A DNA stretch of 64,000 nucleotides, taken from positions 480,696-544,695 of the forward strand of contig NMRA01000003.1 in NCBI GenBank assembly GCA_002633005.1, given 5' to 3'. The translations under genes and the position numbers were made by a program. The stretch is from Phoronis australis. Its lineage: Eukaryota; Animalia; Phoronida. The notes beneath the pieces are model-generated. The model was not told the origin of the DNA and did not search any database. It worked only from the letters and a program-made list of their open reading frames with translations. Shown piece after piece: positions 53,201 to 59,640 of the stretch (position 1 is the first letter of the stretch; every line of letters begins with the position of its first letter).

Positions 53201-56200
53201 AAGCTGGTACCAGGTGGCGTTGGATAAACTAAAGGAAAGAAGGATCCCAGCTCACATCAAGAGACCAGCCAGCATCAGGCAATTTTAACTTTTGGAACTA
53301 CAAAGTTAACATTATAACACATAAATACTAATTTTCTTGAATGCTCACTTCATCTTCCAAAATGCATGCAATTTTCTTGTCTTTAAATCACAAGCGGCAC
53401 AATGCTGGTATGCAACACATTCCAGTCTCAATGAATTCTCGGATGTGAACTGGCTTACACCAATGTGACTTCAACGAAAATTCTCAGTTCCGATAAATAT
53501 CTATCCAGCCAATTCAAAAATTTCAACTTTACCCTCACCTTCTAATTTTTGAGATTTTCAGTTCAAATCTCCTGTACATAAGCCTAAATGAGAACATCAA
53601 GAGAACATTTCTTAGAGCTTCACAAACATTATTTCCCAAAATGACATTGAGAGGTGCTCCTTAAAGTGACCCAGTAGACTTCAGGTACTCAAGTTTTAGC
53701 CACTTTCAAAAACAAAACCAATTCAAAACTAGATTTGAATTGACTTATCAGACAACTCGAAGCCGGCTGCTGGGGTATACCAATTTGAACAAAAACTGAA
53801 CGATGCCAAGCCAGAACAAACCCCCAATCTTCATACACTGAAGACATAACTTCATTACCAAGCACTATGTGATAATAATAGTCACTTGCAGGGACCCTGC
53901 ATTTTGAGAACCATTTTTCCACTGAATAGCATGTACTACACTGGTTCACTAAAACCAGGACCCTTGTGACTATTGCCATAAGGACTATTTACAGGTTTCT
54001 TTAAGAAAATAGTGCCATTTAATCGCCAAGTCCCCAAACGCGCAGTGAAAAAATCGACTTTACTCTTAGTAGATCTTTGGCGCAGAGGTCACAAGGTCAA
54101 AACTGACGTCATGCCGATTAATGTTCTATCTCAAGAAATAGCAAAGCCAATATCACAAGAAATCAACAGTTCCATGTCATATACATGTCGTCATTTTCTG
54201 GAAGGGATTCAACACTTACTTTTTTCAGTTACTCCTTGGCAATCAGCAAAATATCGAAGCATTTATATCTCAGAGAATTAGGAGAACCTTAGCCATACTT
54301 GCCCAAAGACAACAAAACAGGCTAACACTGTGGGTCCATATATGTTTAAGTATGCCATATAATTCGTTTTTGTTATGAGTAACTACAGTCATCTAAATGC
54401 TAGTTAAAAAAGCTTGAATCAAATTACCTTGAACAACGTTTCTAGACTTTTTGCTTTAACTTTGTTGCTTTTGTCACGAACGAATGCTGACAAACATAGT
54501 TCCTATAAAACATAAACAAAATGAATGCAAGAAATGCTCATTTGACACACATTCAAGAAGTTAACTTGTTTGAAACATTTGCATTAACATCAAATTATAT
54601 AACAGCATTTCACAAAGTAAAACTCCCAGTAGAAGCAACAACATAAATTTTGTTTTTGTATCAATCTATTCATATCATAAACAGTACTCAACACTTAGCT
54701 AAGCCCCAAGTCGCATTTGGAGACCTGGCAAAAATACAAGGTCTCCAAACAAAATCTGAAGTCGCCAAAACTGAAAATCTTGTGCGCCAAAAAATTCTGA
54801 AAAACAAGCCATATGGCTCTTAACGCCACACACTCTATAGGGCTTTCTCTAATTTCCCCCGTACATCTGCATATGTTCATTCCTAAATCGACCATTCCTC
54901 CAGTCCATGAATGTTGCACAAGCATGCGACACAGACCACCGCATGGGTTGATGGTGCTAATTTTGTCGATCATGCCCGATTTTTGCCGAACAATTCTGAA
55001 TTCTGTCTATTCAATTCCTGTAGGTATTTAAACGTGGTCCCAAATGCACTGAATTCACGAAACAAACGGAACAAAAGTAAAAAATGTTCGAACACTGTTA
55101 GTAATTTAAAGCTTGGAAGTTAACACGAGTCTTGCAACGAATTTAGAGGGAATTATTATAAGACTTTGATACTTCCAGTGGCGACTTTGTAGCAACTTGG
55201 AATTTTTCCTAGGTCGCCAAATACAATCTGAAGTCGCATTGGCGACAGGCAGGTCGCCAAATCGAGCGCTGATAAATTACCAAAATGACAACAAAGTACC
55301 TTATATACAACACCAGAACATACCTTCACGTCAAGAACGTATGGCACAATGCGCTTCGCAACTTTCTGTGCAAATAAGCCCAAAAATTCCAGCAAACTCT
55401 CCTTTGCGTCCACGAGCTGCGCAGAAGGAACGATCAAAACGTTATTCAATCTGACCTCCATCTTAAACTATCAAAAATGAAACGTTGTTCTGAGAATAAT
55501 TCAATATCTATAACTATTAAATTGGCACTAAAACAAATGCAAGAATTGTTCATTTGCAAATAAGTGACGTGTAAGTAACCATGTAATTAACGGGTATAAT
55601 TTTAGGGCAGACGAAACTTGTTTCAATGGAAATTCACAAGAACAGAATTTGCTTGAGTCTTCAATGTGATTCATTCTGTAAAGACAATGCATGCCTTTTG
55701 CAATACTGTAATGGTTATGTTTTATTGACATGTGTACCGACAGCAACTTTATACTGAGTGGCAGGACACAGCAGCATTCTTGAAACTTTATGATAAACAC
55801 TAGCAAATGAGTCTTTCAGGAACCTCGCATGTAATAAAAAGAGCAATCTAAACTAATAAAATGTCCCCACGACTGCACTGCAAACAATATGCTTATATGG
55901 GTGATCATTACTATTTTAAAAATAGGCACAGAATATGTTGCATCCGTCTTGGAAACCTAATTATTTGTAAAATTTCATGAAAATCTGCCATGGAACTGTT
56001 ACTGTGAAGACAGAACCAACGGTGACAAATTGCCACAAGAAGGCAAGGCGGTAGTTGGATCCTGCAAAGGGTTTAGAAGATATAGCAGTATATGCAAAAT
56101 AAATTTCCACTAGAGGGTGCCATAGTCATATGACCTGTCAGAAAATCAATGTCAGTCGTGCTCAGTAGGAAAACATTCGCCAATATTCATGTGATCTTTT

Positions 56201-59200
56201 GAGCGGCTTGGCGGATGGAGACACCAAAAAACAAACTCAAAAATAAAGAAAATCGCCACTAGGCAGTGCAAAGTACATCAAATCTGTCTGAAAATGGGAA
56301 GGTATGCACATATTTCATGAAAAACAGTCAAGGAGCTCTAAAAATACAGTGGCAAAAATTAATTTAAACAAAAAATGCCACTAGGGGGCATAGCGAAAGT
56401 CAGATACGTCCAAAAATCATTATCATCTATTCATAGGAAAACACAAATTTCACAAAAATTCTGAAAAGGGTAAGAAAATATAACCACAAATGCAGAAAAA
56501 AATGCCACAAGGGGGTGCCACAGTAGTCAACACCTTTTCAGTAGGAATGCATCTGCCAATTTTCATCATGATCCTAAAGACTAGCTCAACAAGGAAAGAT
56601 GGAAGCAAATAACAGACATAACGACAAAAATGGCCACTAGGTGAAAATCAACATCAGTCACAGTGTTCTGAGCTAGAACACACCTGCTACAACGAACCTT
56701 CAAGTAGTTTGACTCGAAAATAATAAAAATGACGACCAGGTGGTACAGAATGTCAAATCCGTCCCAAAATGGAAAGGCGAATTCATCTCCTTGATAGAAA
56801 TTTATTGGCCAATGTCATGAAAATACGTCAACAAACATTACGAAAAAATGAAATTGCCAATAAAGGGTGGAGCAGCGATTGGATCAGTCCACAGCTGCCA
56901 CCTGTTGTCAGCTTCACAGAAACACACTTGCCAAATCTCATTAAGTTCCTGTAACTGAAAGAGTTTAGGGGATATAGCAACTAACATCAACACTAGACGC
57001 CCAGATGCTAGACGTCCAGACAAAGATGATGGCAATATGCACAAAAATACGTATGTGGCCACATAAAAACAATTCCTACATTTTGTAATAATCCTCCACT
57101 AGAAGGGACTCACCTCATCTGTTTCAATGATTTTCCGGATGACACAAGCAACCCCCTTTGATTTATCAAATATGACAGAGCAATAGAAATCTGAAATTGA
57201 ACAACAAAAATATCATCGACTAAAGATCTGCAATTAAACAAATATGTCAGGACGTATACATCTTACAAACTTTTGATTCACTGAAATTGTTCGGACTTGC
57301 CTCGGCCTACAACAGTAGCCAGCCAGCCAGCTGTATGAAGACGATCATCAAAATACAGCTAGGTACCACTGTGTCTTGATATCCAACAGACCTCGAAATT
57401 CCAAACAGCCGGGTAGTTTGTGAAACTTGAACCAACATGTAGAGCATAAGACCAGCAGGGAAGCATGCAACATCTGAGAGTCAACCGACACTCACCTAGC
57501 TTGTTACAACAGTTTAAGTGAAAAACAATCTAGTAAACGTCATTTTCTTGTACAATTCTCCGCCTTTTGTAACAAAGAAAAATATGTTGTTTTGAAAACA
57601 GTACACTCGTGACAAGCGTATGCACCAGTTCTTAAATTTTTGCGACATCTCTCGGGAGATGACAGCAGCTTTGCAACAGCAAAATTTGTCCTGAAATTCG
57701 GTTTGCTAGTATCAAAATTCTAAAAACTTATAATGAAGTGTAACAGTTCCGATACTTTGTTGTGACGTGTACGCAACCTTGTGAAAGAACAACAGTTGAA
57801 GAATTGGCGAAAAAAGTAACTGGTCAATAGGTAACGCAATATTTCGTGGCACCAAAAGTGACGCAAAAGATCGCACCGCAACTTTAGCATCAGAATAATG
57901 CTTCACTGGTTCCTTGTGTGTCCACTAAGGGGTAGAGGACACGCAGATATCATTTAATTTTTCTCGGAATTTTTTTTCGCTGGGATTTTTGATTGGCAGG
58001 TCGAATCCTCAACAGCTGACGCTTTATGTAAATAAACTGGCGTGACTGATGGAGGAAGTGTAAATGTGGATATAGTTTGTGGTCTGTTGTGCAAACAGAT
58101 CGGTTCCTAATTCATGTTCAAGAACTGCGAATTGGAAAGTTGTGGTTATGCCTTTTCGGAGTGCATTTTTCTACTGTCGCTGACTTTTGTTTACGTTGCT
58201 GTTGCGTTGTATTCACACAGCATGAATAACACACCAGATAAATCAGCCAGATGTGTGTGCATTGTATTTGCTTCAAGCAAAAAGCTATTAAGCAATGCCG
58301 TCACGCCACTTGCATGACAAGGCTAAAAATTGTTCACAGTCCGCCATTTTCATTCTGTGTATAAAGCTAACAAATGACGGCCCAGGTTACATCAACCAGC
58401 GACAAAACGCGTGCTACTGAATGATACCTGCATGTTCTCTACCCCTTAGCGGACGCAGGGAACCAGCAAGCAGAATAATGGTAGAACACCAATTTTTCGA
58501 AAACTGGTAAATAACTTGGTTTACTCAAGGAAGAGTGTAGTTTTCAATGTAATTGTTTACAGTATGACGACATTGACTTACACATATGATTTTGGTATCG
58601 TTCGATTCCTTGCAAAGTTATCTTTCCAAAAATACACAGAAAATTTTCTTACCCCATTCCCTTAGTATTTTATCGTGAAATTTCTTCTCGCACTATTTCC
58701 TGGTACTCAGTAGTAATACCGCCATGTTGAATGGAAGGAGTTCTCTGGCGGTCAAAAACTGAACTAATCATCCACGCCTTCTGCAGATCGTCACTTTTCA
58801 GAAGTTCAAACTGACCAAGACCCGCCTATCCCCTGCCCCAGTTACAGTCCCAAGGATTCGAATTCGATCCTATGGCGACCCTGGTACGCATCTGCTAGCA
58901 AGAATCCGCGAAAAAAGCGAAGGCTGTTTTTGAGGTCCAAATTGGTGAAAAGGGTATTACTTCAGACAATTTCGTGGAAAATGGTCAAATGGTCACAATT
59001 ATAAAAAAATTAGAAAAGGTGAAATGCTGCTACATGTCCTCCATATTATGTCAGGAAAACTTTAGTGGGAATCTCGACGCGGGCAAACACCATTCAGAGT
59101 CGATGATGCTGTTTCATTCATTAACAACAGGTTACGCTGTAATCTTGAGTTGAGCTAACATGGTGGTGTCAACCGGGAAATAGTGCGAACCAAAATTCGA

Positions 59201-59640
59201 GGATAACATACGGAGGAAACGCGGTAGGGGAAACATATACATTTTTGGAAAGATAACGTTGCGAGTAATCGAACGATACCAAAATCATGTGTTGGTCAAT
59301 GTCGTCATATTGTAAACAATTACCTTCAAAGACACTAATTACATCTTAGACTTTATCTGGTCAGCGCAATGCTATAGCCTATATACAGCTTGGCGCCAAG
59401 GTTACTACAACACATGTCAACACACAGACAACAAGTCTTGTGTCATCAAAACAAAAGCCTGCATACTAAATTTCTACTCTATCAGCAACAATAACCTGCA
59501 TTATTTTCATCGGTAACTTCCAGCCCAAGGTTCTTAATGTTATACACTACATTTTTTATTTTTTCAATGTTCAGGGAACGAGTTCCTTCCAAGGATTCAT
59601 GCAGCAACAACAGATTATTGTGCAGCGAATCTGCCGCCAT
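190..59640 (-). CDS. PRKDC: DNA-dependent protein kinase catalytic subunit (DNA-PKcs); 68 coding exons in the window, 3' part of the gene continues beyond position 1
   Basis: Spliced minus-strand peptides carry DNA-PKcs motifs: [167 protein letters not shown]. All exons are GT-AG with consistent phase; summed length 9,993 nt. Confidence 0.97.
779..911 (-). CDS. PRKDC: PRKDC exon 67
   Basis: [24 protein letters not shown]...; ttttag acceptor, gtaagt donor. Confidence 0.82.
1153..1306 (-). CDS. PRKDC: PRKDC exon 66
   Basis: CTFMDVK...[27 protein letters not shown]. Confidence 0.87.
2076..2178 (-). CDS. PRKDC: PRKDC exon 65
   Basis: [26 protein letters not shown]. Confidence 0.93.
2273..2589. 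mobile_element. Foldback/MITE-like palindrome with ~135-bp imperfect arms
   Basis: attgtattcgaatt...gtctcttgctttctca is inverse-complementary to tgagaaagcaagagac...aattcaaatacaat; the spacer holds a direct duplication of tctggttagcaacc. Confidence 0.7.
3070..3172 (-). CDS. PRKDC: PRKDC exon 64
   Basis: [34 protein letters not shown]. Confidence 0.92.
3518..3616 (-). CDS. PRKDC: PRKDC exon 63
   Basis: [33 protein letters not shown]. Confidence 0.93.
3935..4168 (-). CDS. PRKDC: PRKDC exon 62
   Basis: [11 protein letters not shown]...[23 protein letters not shown]...LLDFIDEAM. Confidence 0.93.
4401..4708 (-). mobile_element. Degenerate 3' fragment of the HINE-like family
   Basis: aacaagggcaccgcggagcgttgaaatgcgtccac is the reverse complement of the element 3' end at 22793-22827; gccactag monomer motifs follow. 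Confidence 0.7.
4710..5422. repeat. ~55-65-bp tandem array derived from the exon 61 end and donor, with an embedded (CA)n microsatellite at ~5184-5234
   Basis: Unit cagacaaaaacagacagacacatgtaggtagtagtcctctcaccaacagagacagacata about 6 times, grading into copies resembling cacctgaaggtaacagtcttccca (exon end WEDCYLQ|gt). Confidence 0.85.
5399..5609 (-). CDS. PRKDC: PRKDC exon 61 (FAT region)
   Basis: [15 protein letters not shown]...[10 protein letters not shown]...[11 protein letters not shown]; donor CAG|gtgtct. Confidence 0.95.
6537..6657 (-). CDS. PRKDC: PRKDC exon 60
   Basis: IALLENMLL...PRKRARTG...WIELA. Confidence 0.93.
7029..7116 (-). CDS. PRKDC: PRKDC exon 59
   Basis: [29 protein letters not shown]. 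Confidence 0.9.
7892..8068 (-). CDS. PRKDC: PRKDC exon 58
   Basis: [18 protein letters not shown]...[11 protein letters not shown]. Confidence 0.93.
8106..8335 (+). mobile_element. tRNA-derived SINE (degenerate)
   Basis: A-box-like TGGCCTAGTGG (~8118) and B-box-like GGTTCCAGTCCC (~8162); body homologous to 13175-13390 on the opposite strand. Confidence 0.65.
9554..9685 (-). CDS. PRKDC: PRKDC exon 57 (YRPD motif)
   Basis: [32 protein letters not shown], a hallmark DNA-PKcs motif. Confidence 0.97.
10059..10177 (-). CDS. PRKDC: PRKDC exon 56
   Basis: [18 protein letters not shown]...KKRKEQ. Confidence 0.92.
10629..10838 (-). CDS. PRKDC: PRKDC exon 55
   Basis: [20 protein letters not shown]...SSLMF...GFG. 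Confidence 0.9.
11279..11444 (-). CDS. PRKDC: PRKDC exon 54 (ABCDE-cluster region)
   Basis: [28 protein letters not shown]...QFTATQD. Confidence 0.92.
11859..12159 (-). CDS. PRKDC: PRKDC exon 53
   Basis: [12 protein letters not shown]...[10 protein letters not shown]...[19 protein letters not shown]. Confidence 0.96.
12867..13040 (-). CDS. PRKDC: PRKDC exon 52
   Basis: [19 protein letters not shown]...[16 protein letters not shown]. Confidence 0.95.
13175..13390 (-). mobile_element. tRNA-derived SINE, second copy, with eroded 5' end
   Basis: Minus strand GGGTTCGAGTCTCACTGGGGCACAATGCTAG followed by a body matching 8161-8335. Confidence 0.65.
13644..13793 (-). CDS. PRKDC: PRKDC exon 51
   Basis: [24 protein letters not shown]...[13 protein letters not shown]. 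Confidence 0.93.
14139..14477. repeat. 67-bp tandem repeat, about 5 copies, made of the last ~60 nt of exon 50 plus its donor
   Basis: acttacttgtcagctattggtggataatgtaaac... recurs at 14407, 14340 and 14273, with degenerate copies near 14206 and 14140. Confidence 0.93.
14413..14649 (-). CDS. PRKDC: PRKDC exon 50
   Basis: [28 protein letters not shown]...HYPPIAD; donor AA|gtaagt. Confidence 0.93.
15065..15226. repeat. 42-bp tandem repeat, ~3.9 identical copies, containing the exon 49 donor
   Basis: Unit tggcattacatatacccttagggtctagccttacgtgttcta; the minus strand of each unit reads AC|GTAAGG. Confidence 0.93.
15225..15356 (-). CDS. PRKDC: PRKDC exon 49
   Basis: [34 protein letters not shown]; donor AC|gtaagg. 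Confidence 0.93.
15748..15887 (-). CDS. PRKDC: PRKDC exon 48
   Basis: [18 protein letters not shown]...[19 protein letters not shown]. Confidence 0.93.
16425..16568 (-). CDS. PRKDC: PRKDC exon 47
   Basis: [18 protein letters not shown]...[24 protein letters not shown]. Confidence 0.95.
16585..16851. repeat. 33-bp minisatellite, ~8 copies, next to the exon 47 acceptor
   Basis: Unit aaaactggcacatgtaatcaagcttacaccatc. Confidence 0.95.
17379..17621 (-). CDS. PRKDC: PRKDC exon 46
   Basis: [14 protein letters not shown]...[12 protein letters not shown]...[15 protein letters not shown]. Confidence 0.95.
18250..18552 (-). CDS. PRKDC: PRKDC exon 45 (PQR-cluster region)
   Basis: [17 protein letters not shown]...RKKTFTAIR...YLADSSL...VSSQ; gtatgt donor. 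Confidence 0.88.
18930..19098 (-). CDS. PRKDC: PRKDC exon 44
   Basis: [49 protein letters not shown]. Confidence 0.95.
19475..19653 (-). CDS. PRKDC: PRKDC exon 43
   Basis: [22 protein letters not shown]...[11 protein letters not shown]; an in-frame alternative acceptor 6 nt further into the exon is possible. Confidence 0.9.
20846..22827 (+). mobile_element. Full-length HINE/DINE-1-like non-autonomous Helentron-associated element with internal higher-order satellite
   Basis: 5' ttttt-atgcgcccac subTIR plus short inverted repeat, (GTCC)n, about ten ~150-bp monomers (cctagtggc motif) in ~450-bp trimers (phase points 21037, 21490, 21939), 3' subTIR gtgggcgcat plus hairpin caacgc-tct-gcgttg, ending cttgtt. 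Confidence 0.8.
22902..23346. mobile_element. TA-flanked MITE (Tc1/mariner-like)
   Basis: ta|ccgggattttccgtaaat ... atctactgaaaaccccga|ta imperfect TIRs; a related copy lies at ~63298-63545. Confidence 0.6.
23386..23593 (-). CDS. PRKDC: PRKDC exon 42
   Basis: LPYDNHLL...[16 protein letters not shown]...[22 protein letters not shown]. Confidence 0.88.
24687..24814 (-). CDS. PRKDC: PRKDC exon 41
   Basis: [29 protein letters not shown]. Confidence 0.92.
24878..24982. repeat. ~55-bp direct tandem duplication
   Basis: aacactccaaatgacaataatctcaaaaccatatct..ttgtgtgactaa occurs twice. Confidence 0.85.
25066..25168 (-). CDS. PRKDC: PRKDC exon 40
   Basis: [34 protein letters not shown]. Confidence 0.87.
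25478..25920. repeat. 21-bp minisatellite, ~20 copies
   Basis: Consensus ggccatattcctgtgcaatag. Confidence 0.93.
26310..26467 (-). CDS. PRKDC: PRKDC exon 39
   Basis: [45 protein letters not shown]. Confidence 0.9.
27438..27618 (+). pseudogene. Frameshifted HIRAN-like domain fragment, probably transposon cargo
   Basis: [19 protein letters not shown], then after a frameshift [35 protein letters not shown]; followed by a mariner-type end gcgcttattagggcaaatatggta (~27657-27681). Confidence 0.55.
27848..27983 (-). CDS. PRKDC: PRKDC exon 38
   Basis: [20 protein letters not shown]...[17 protein letters not shown]. Confidence 0.9.
28381..28628 (-). CDS. PRKDC: PRKDC exon 37
   Basis: [15 protein letters not shown]...[11 protein letters not shown]...DSTARK; gtaagt donor. 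Confidence 0.85.
28809..28916 (-). CDS. PRKDC: PRKDC exon 36
   Basis: [36 protein letters not shown]. Confidence 0.82.
29120..29291 (-). CDS. PRKDC: PRKDC exon 35
   Basis: ACDLLNQLK...[14 protein letters not shown]...LLNIVFQ. Confidence 0.82.
29495..29589 (-). CDS. PRKDC: PRKDC exon 34
   Basis: [31 protein letters not shown]; phases fit. Confidence 0.8.
29862..29984 (-). CDS. PRKDC: PRKDC exon 33
   Basis: [41 protein letters not shown]. Confidence 0.9.
30126..30204 (-). CDS. PRKDC: PRKDC exon 32
   Basis: [26 protein letters not shown]. Confidence 0.92.
30350..30494 (-). CDS. PRKDC: PRKDC exon 31
   Basis: [18 protein letters not shown]...[10 protein letters not shown]. Confidence 0.9.
30831..31620 (+). 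pseudogene. THAP-domain transposase N-terminal fragment (Kolobok-type); the ORF reads on to 31838 through the deletion junction
   Basis: [12 protein letters not shown]...[16 protein letters not shown]...RVCGKHF...RLKKDAIPS is the C2CH THAP signature; then a Ser-rich linker and KFIV...[11 protein letters not shown]...[11 protein letters not shown]; no DDE region. Confidence 0.85.
31621..31924 (-). pseudogene. KolX-like Cys-rich protein N-terminal fragment (related to the P2X7 C-terminal ballast / nanor-like domain)
   Basis: aaaATGG start at 31924; GYMFEPEY...[28 protein letters not shown], matching (P/G)YxFEP and WCxCxxCxxMxxxxECxCC motifs; truncated before the rest of the domain. Confidence 0.75.
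32672..32856 (-). CDS. PRKDC: PRKDC exon 30
   Basis: ...GGIAKFP...[28 protein letters not shown]. Confidence 0.92.
33571..33640 (-). CDS. PRKDC: PRKDC exon 29
   Basis: [22 protein letters not shown]; tttcag acceptor, gtacgt donor; phases fit. Confidence 0.8.
33966..34090 (-). CDS. PRKDC: PRKDC exon 28
   Basis: [31 protein letters not shown]. Confidence 0.92.
34178..34600 (-). mobile_element. Degenerate HINE-like copy
   Basis: gaaatgcacccacgactgcact...ggccagtagggggc...atgcagtcacatatttttatgcgggtgcgtaacaaaaa resembles both ends of 20846-22827. Confidence 0.6.
35155..35355 (-). CDS. PRKDC: PRKDC exon 27
   Basis: [33 protein letters not shown]...RRKP. Confidence 0.93.
35653..35780 (-). CDS. 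PRKDC: PRKDC exon 26
   Basis: [42 protein letters not shown]. Confidence 0.95.
36613..36711 (-). CDS. PRKDC: PRKDC exon 25
   Basis: [33 protein letters not shown]. Confidence 0.93.
37104..37211 (-). CDS. PRKDC: PRKDC exon 24
   Basis: [36 protein letters not shown]. Confidence 0.95.
37407..37711. mobile_element. Possible old TTAA-specific (Kolobok-like) MITE
   Basis: ttaa|agcaacaataaact ... agttatagtcact|ttaa with weak terminal complementarity. Confidence 0.35.
37929..38152 (-). CDS. PRKDC: PRKDC exon 23
   Basis: [35 protein letters not shown]...[10 protein letters not shown]. Confidence 0.95.
38579..38771 (-). CDS. PRKDC: PRKDC exon 22
   Basis: [14 protein letters not shown]...[25 protein letters not shown]. 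Confidence 0.93.
39000..39112 (-). CDS. PRKDC: PRKDC exon 21
   Basis: [37 protein letters not shown]; phases fit both neighbours. Confidence 0.8.
39715..39871 (-). CDS. PRKDC: PRKDC exon 20
   Basis: [23 protein letters not shown]...[17 protein letters not shown]. Confidence 0.93.
40506..40625 (-). CDS. PRKDC: PRKDC exon 19
   Basis: [24 protein letters not shown]...IVPAVQ. Confidence 0.95.
41215..41328 (-). CDS. PRKDC: PRKDC exon 18
   Basis: [12 protein letters not shown]...[14 protein letters not shown]. Confidence 0.9.
41505..42220. mobile_element. hAT-like MITE (degenerate)
   Basis: TIRs tagtgatggg ... cccatcacta; flanks gaaattac/gaacatat match only 5 of 8. Confidence 0.45.
42347..42422 (-). 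CDS. PRKDC: PRKDC exon 17
   Basis: [25 protein letters not shown]. Confidence 0.93.
42854..42899. repeat. Perfect 23-bp tandem duplication spanning the exon 16 donor
   Basis: gtttacctggtagagagcacaat occurs twice. Confidence 0.93.
42883..42966 (-). CDS. PRKDC: PRKDC exon 16
   Basis: [27 protein letters not shown]; donor AG|gtaaac, duplicated 23 nt downstream. Confidence 0.9.
43208..43338 (-). CDS. PRKDC: PRKDC exon 15
   Basis: ...[26 protein letters not shown]. Confidence 0.93.
44002..44139 (-). CDS. PRKDC: PRKDC exon 14
   Basis: [46 protein letters not shown]; gtaaga donor. Confidence 0.85.
44186..44262 (+). repeat. Short dispersed repeat with (TAAA)n tail, likely a retroposon 3' end; also at ~47298-47370 and ~52636-52715
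   Basis: Shared gggcccc-atggaaa...gatggggctaccc...aaatattacaat...aataaataaataaat in three introns. Confidence 0.6.
44752..44912. repeat. Degenerate ~17-21-bp tandem repeat
   Basis: Recurring ccagtagatggagttac-like units. Confidence 0.7.
45005..45159 (-). CDS. PRKDC: PRKDC exon 13
   Basis: [13 protein letters not shown]...[19 protein letters not shown]. Confidence 0.92.
45972..46140 (-). CDS. PRKDC: PRKDC exon 12
   Basis: [23 protein letters not shown]...LRNFLSRV; gtaagt donor. Confidence 0.9.
46466..46701. mobile_element. Small MITE (Harbinger-like ends), ~13 nt from the exon 11 donor
   Basis: Right end ttcttggaacaggcccctg; left end ctgagactgattctaagaa is partly complementary; internal ttaag/gactt repeats. 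Confidence 0.4.
46715..46882 (-). CDS. PRKDC: PRKDC exon 11
   Basis: [22 protein letters not shown]...[17 protein letters not shown]. Confidence 0.92.
47463..47618 (-). CDS. PRKDC: PRKDC exon 10
   Basis: [10 protein letters not shown]...[15 protein letters not shown]; gtaagg donor. Confidence 0.93.
48283..48375 (-). CDS. PRKDC: PRKDC exon 9
   Basis: [31 protein letters not shown]; gtatgt donor. Confidence 0.9.
48812..49400 (-). mobile_element. Degenerate HINE-like copy (3' portion)
   Basis: ttgaaatgcatcaccactgcactgca..., ggccactgggtggtgcaaa, tttcatgaaaatcc match the monomers and 3' end of 20846-22827. Confidence 0.55.
49683..49843 (-). CDS. PRKDC: PRKDC exon 8
   Basis: [15 protein letters not shown]...[28 protein letters not shown]. 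Confidence 0.9.
50468..50567 (-). CDS. PRKDC: PRKDC exon 7
   Basis: [33 protein letters not shown]; AG/GT ends. Confidence 0.9.
51183..51295 (-). CDS. PRKDC: PRKDC exon 6
   Basis: [37 protein letters not shown]; AG/GT ends. Confidence 0.9.
52861..52969 (-). CDS. PRKDC: PRKDC exon 5
   Basis: [36 protein letters not shown]; gtaagt donor. Confidence 0.85.
54428..54502 (-). CDS. PRKDC: PRKDC exon 4
   Basis: [25 protein letters not shown]; ttatag acceptor, gtaatt donor. Confidence 0.85.
54682..55271. mobile_element. MITE with CAG...CTG ends and 5-bp TSD (hAT5-like)
   Basis: ataaa|cagtactcaa ... tcgagcgctg|ataaa; subterminal gtcgcc/ggcgac repeats at both ends. Confidence 0.5.
55324..55416 (-). 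CDS. PRKDC: PRKDC exon 3
   Basis: [31 protein letters not shown]; gtatgt donor. Confidence 0.9.
55838..57069 (-). mobile_element. Older full-length HINE-like copy
   Basis: aaagagcaat...atgtccccacgactgcactgca at one end, repeated gccactag monomers, and gacgtccagacaaagatgatggcaatatgc...tatgtggccacataaaaa at the other end. Confidence 0.7.
57114..57190 (-). CDS. PRKDC: PRKDC exon 2
   Basis: [26 protein letters not shown]; tttcag acceptor, gtgagt donor. Confidence 0.85.
57901..58470. mobile_element. MITE with ~55-bp TIRs and a clear target-site duplication
   Basis: cagaataatg flanks both sides (57891-57900, 58471-58480); TIRs ctggttcc..gtccactaaggggtagag / ctctaccccttagcggacgcagggaaccag. Confidence 0.8.
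58530..59345. mobile_element. MITE with long (~170 bp) imperfect TIRs in intron 1
   Basis: gtaattgtttacagtatgacgacattgac...tcgcactatttcctggt is inverse-complementary to accgggaaatagtgcga...gtcaatgtcgtcatattgtaaacaattac. Confidence 0.75.
59496..59640 (-). CDS. PRKDC: PRKDC exon 1 (start codon)
   Basis: aatATGG Kozak-like start, [19 protein letters not shown]...; donor G|gttatt, phase 1, joins exon 2. Confidence 0.85.

Noticed and set aside
53975-54340. MITE-like sequence (similar impressions at ~6320-6440, ~8830-9170 and ~51400-51960)
   Set aside because: Composition suggests repeats, but I could not define TIRs or TSDs by eye.
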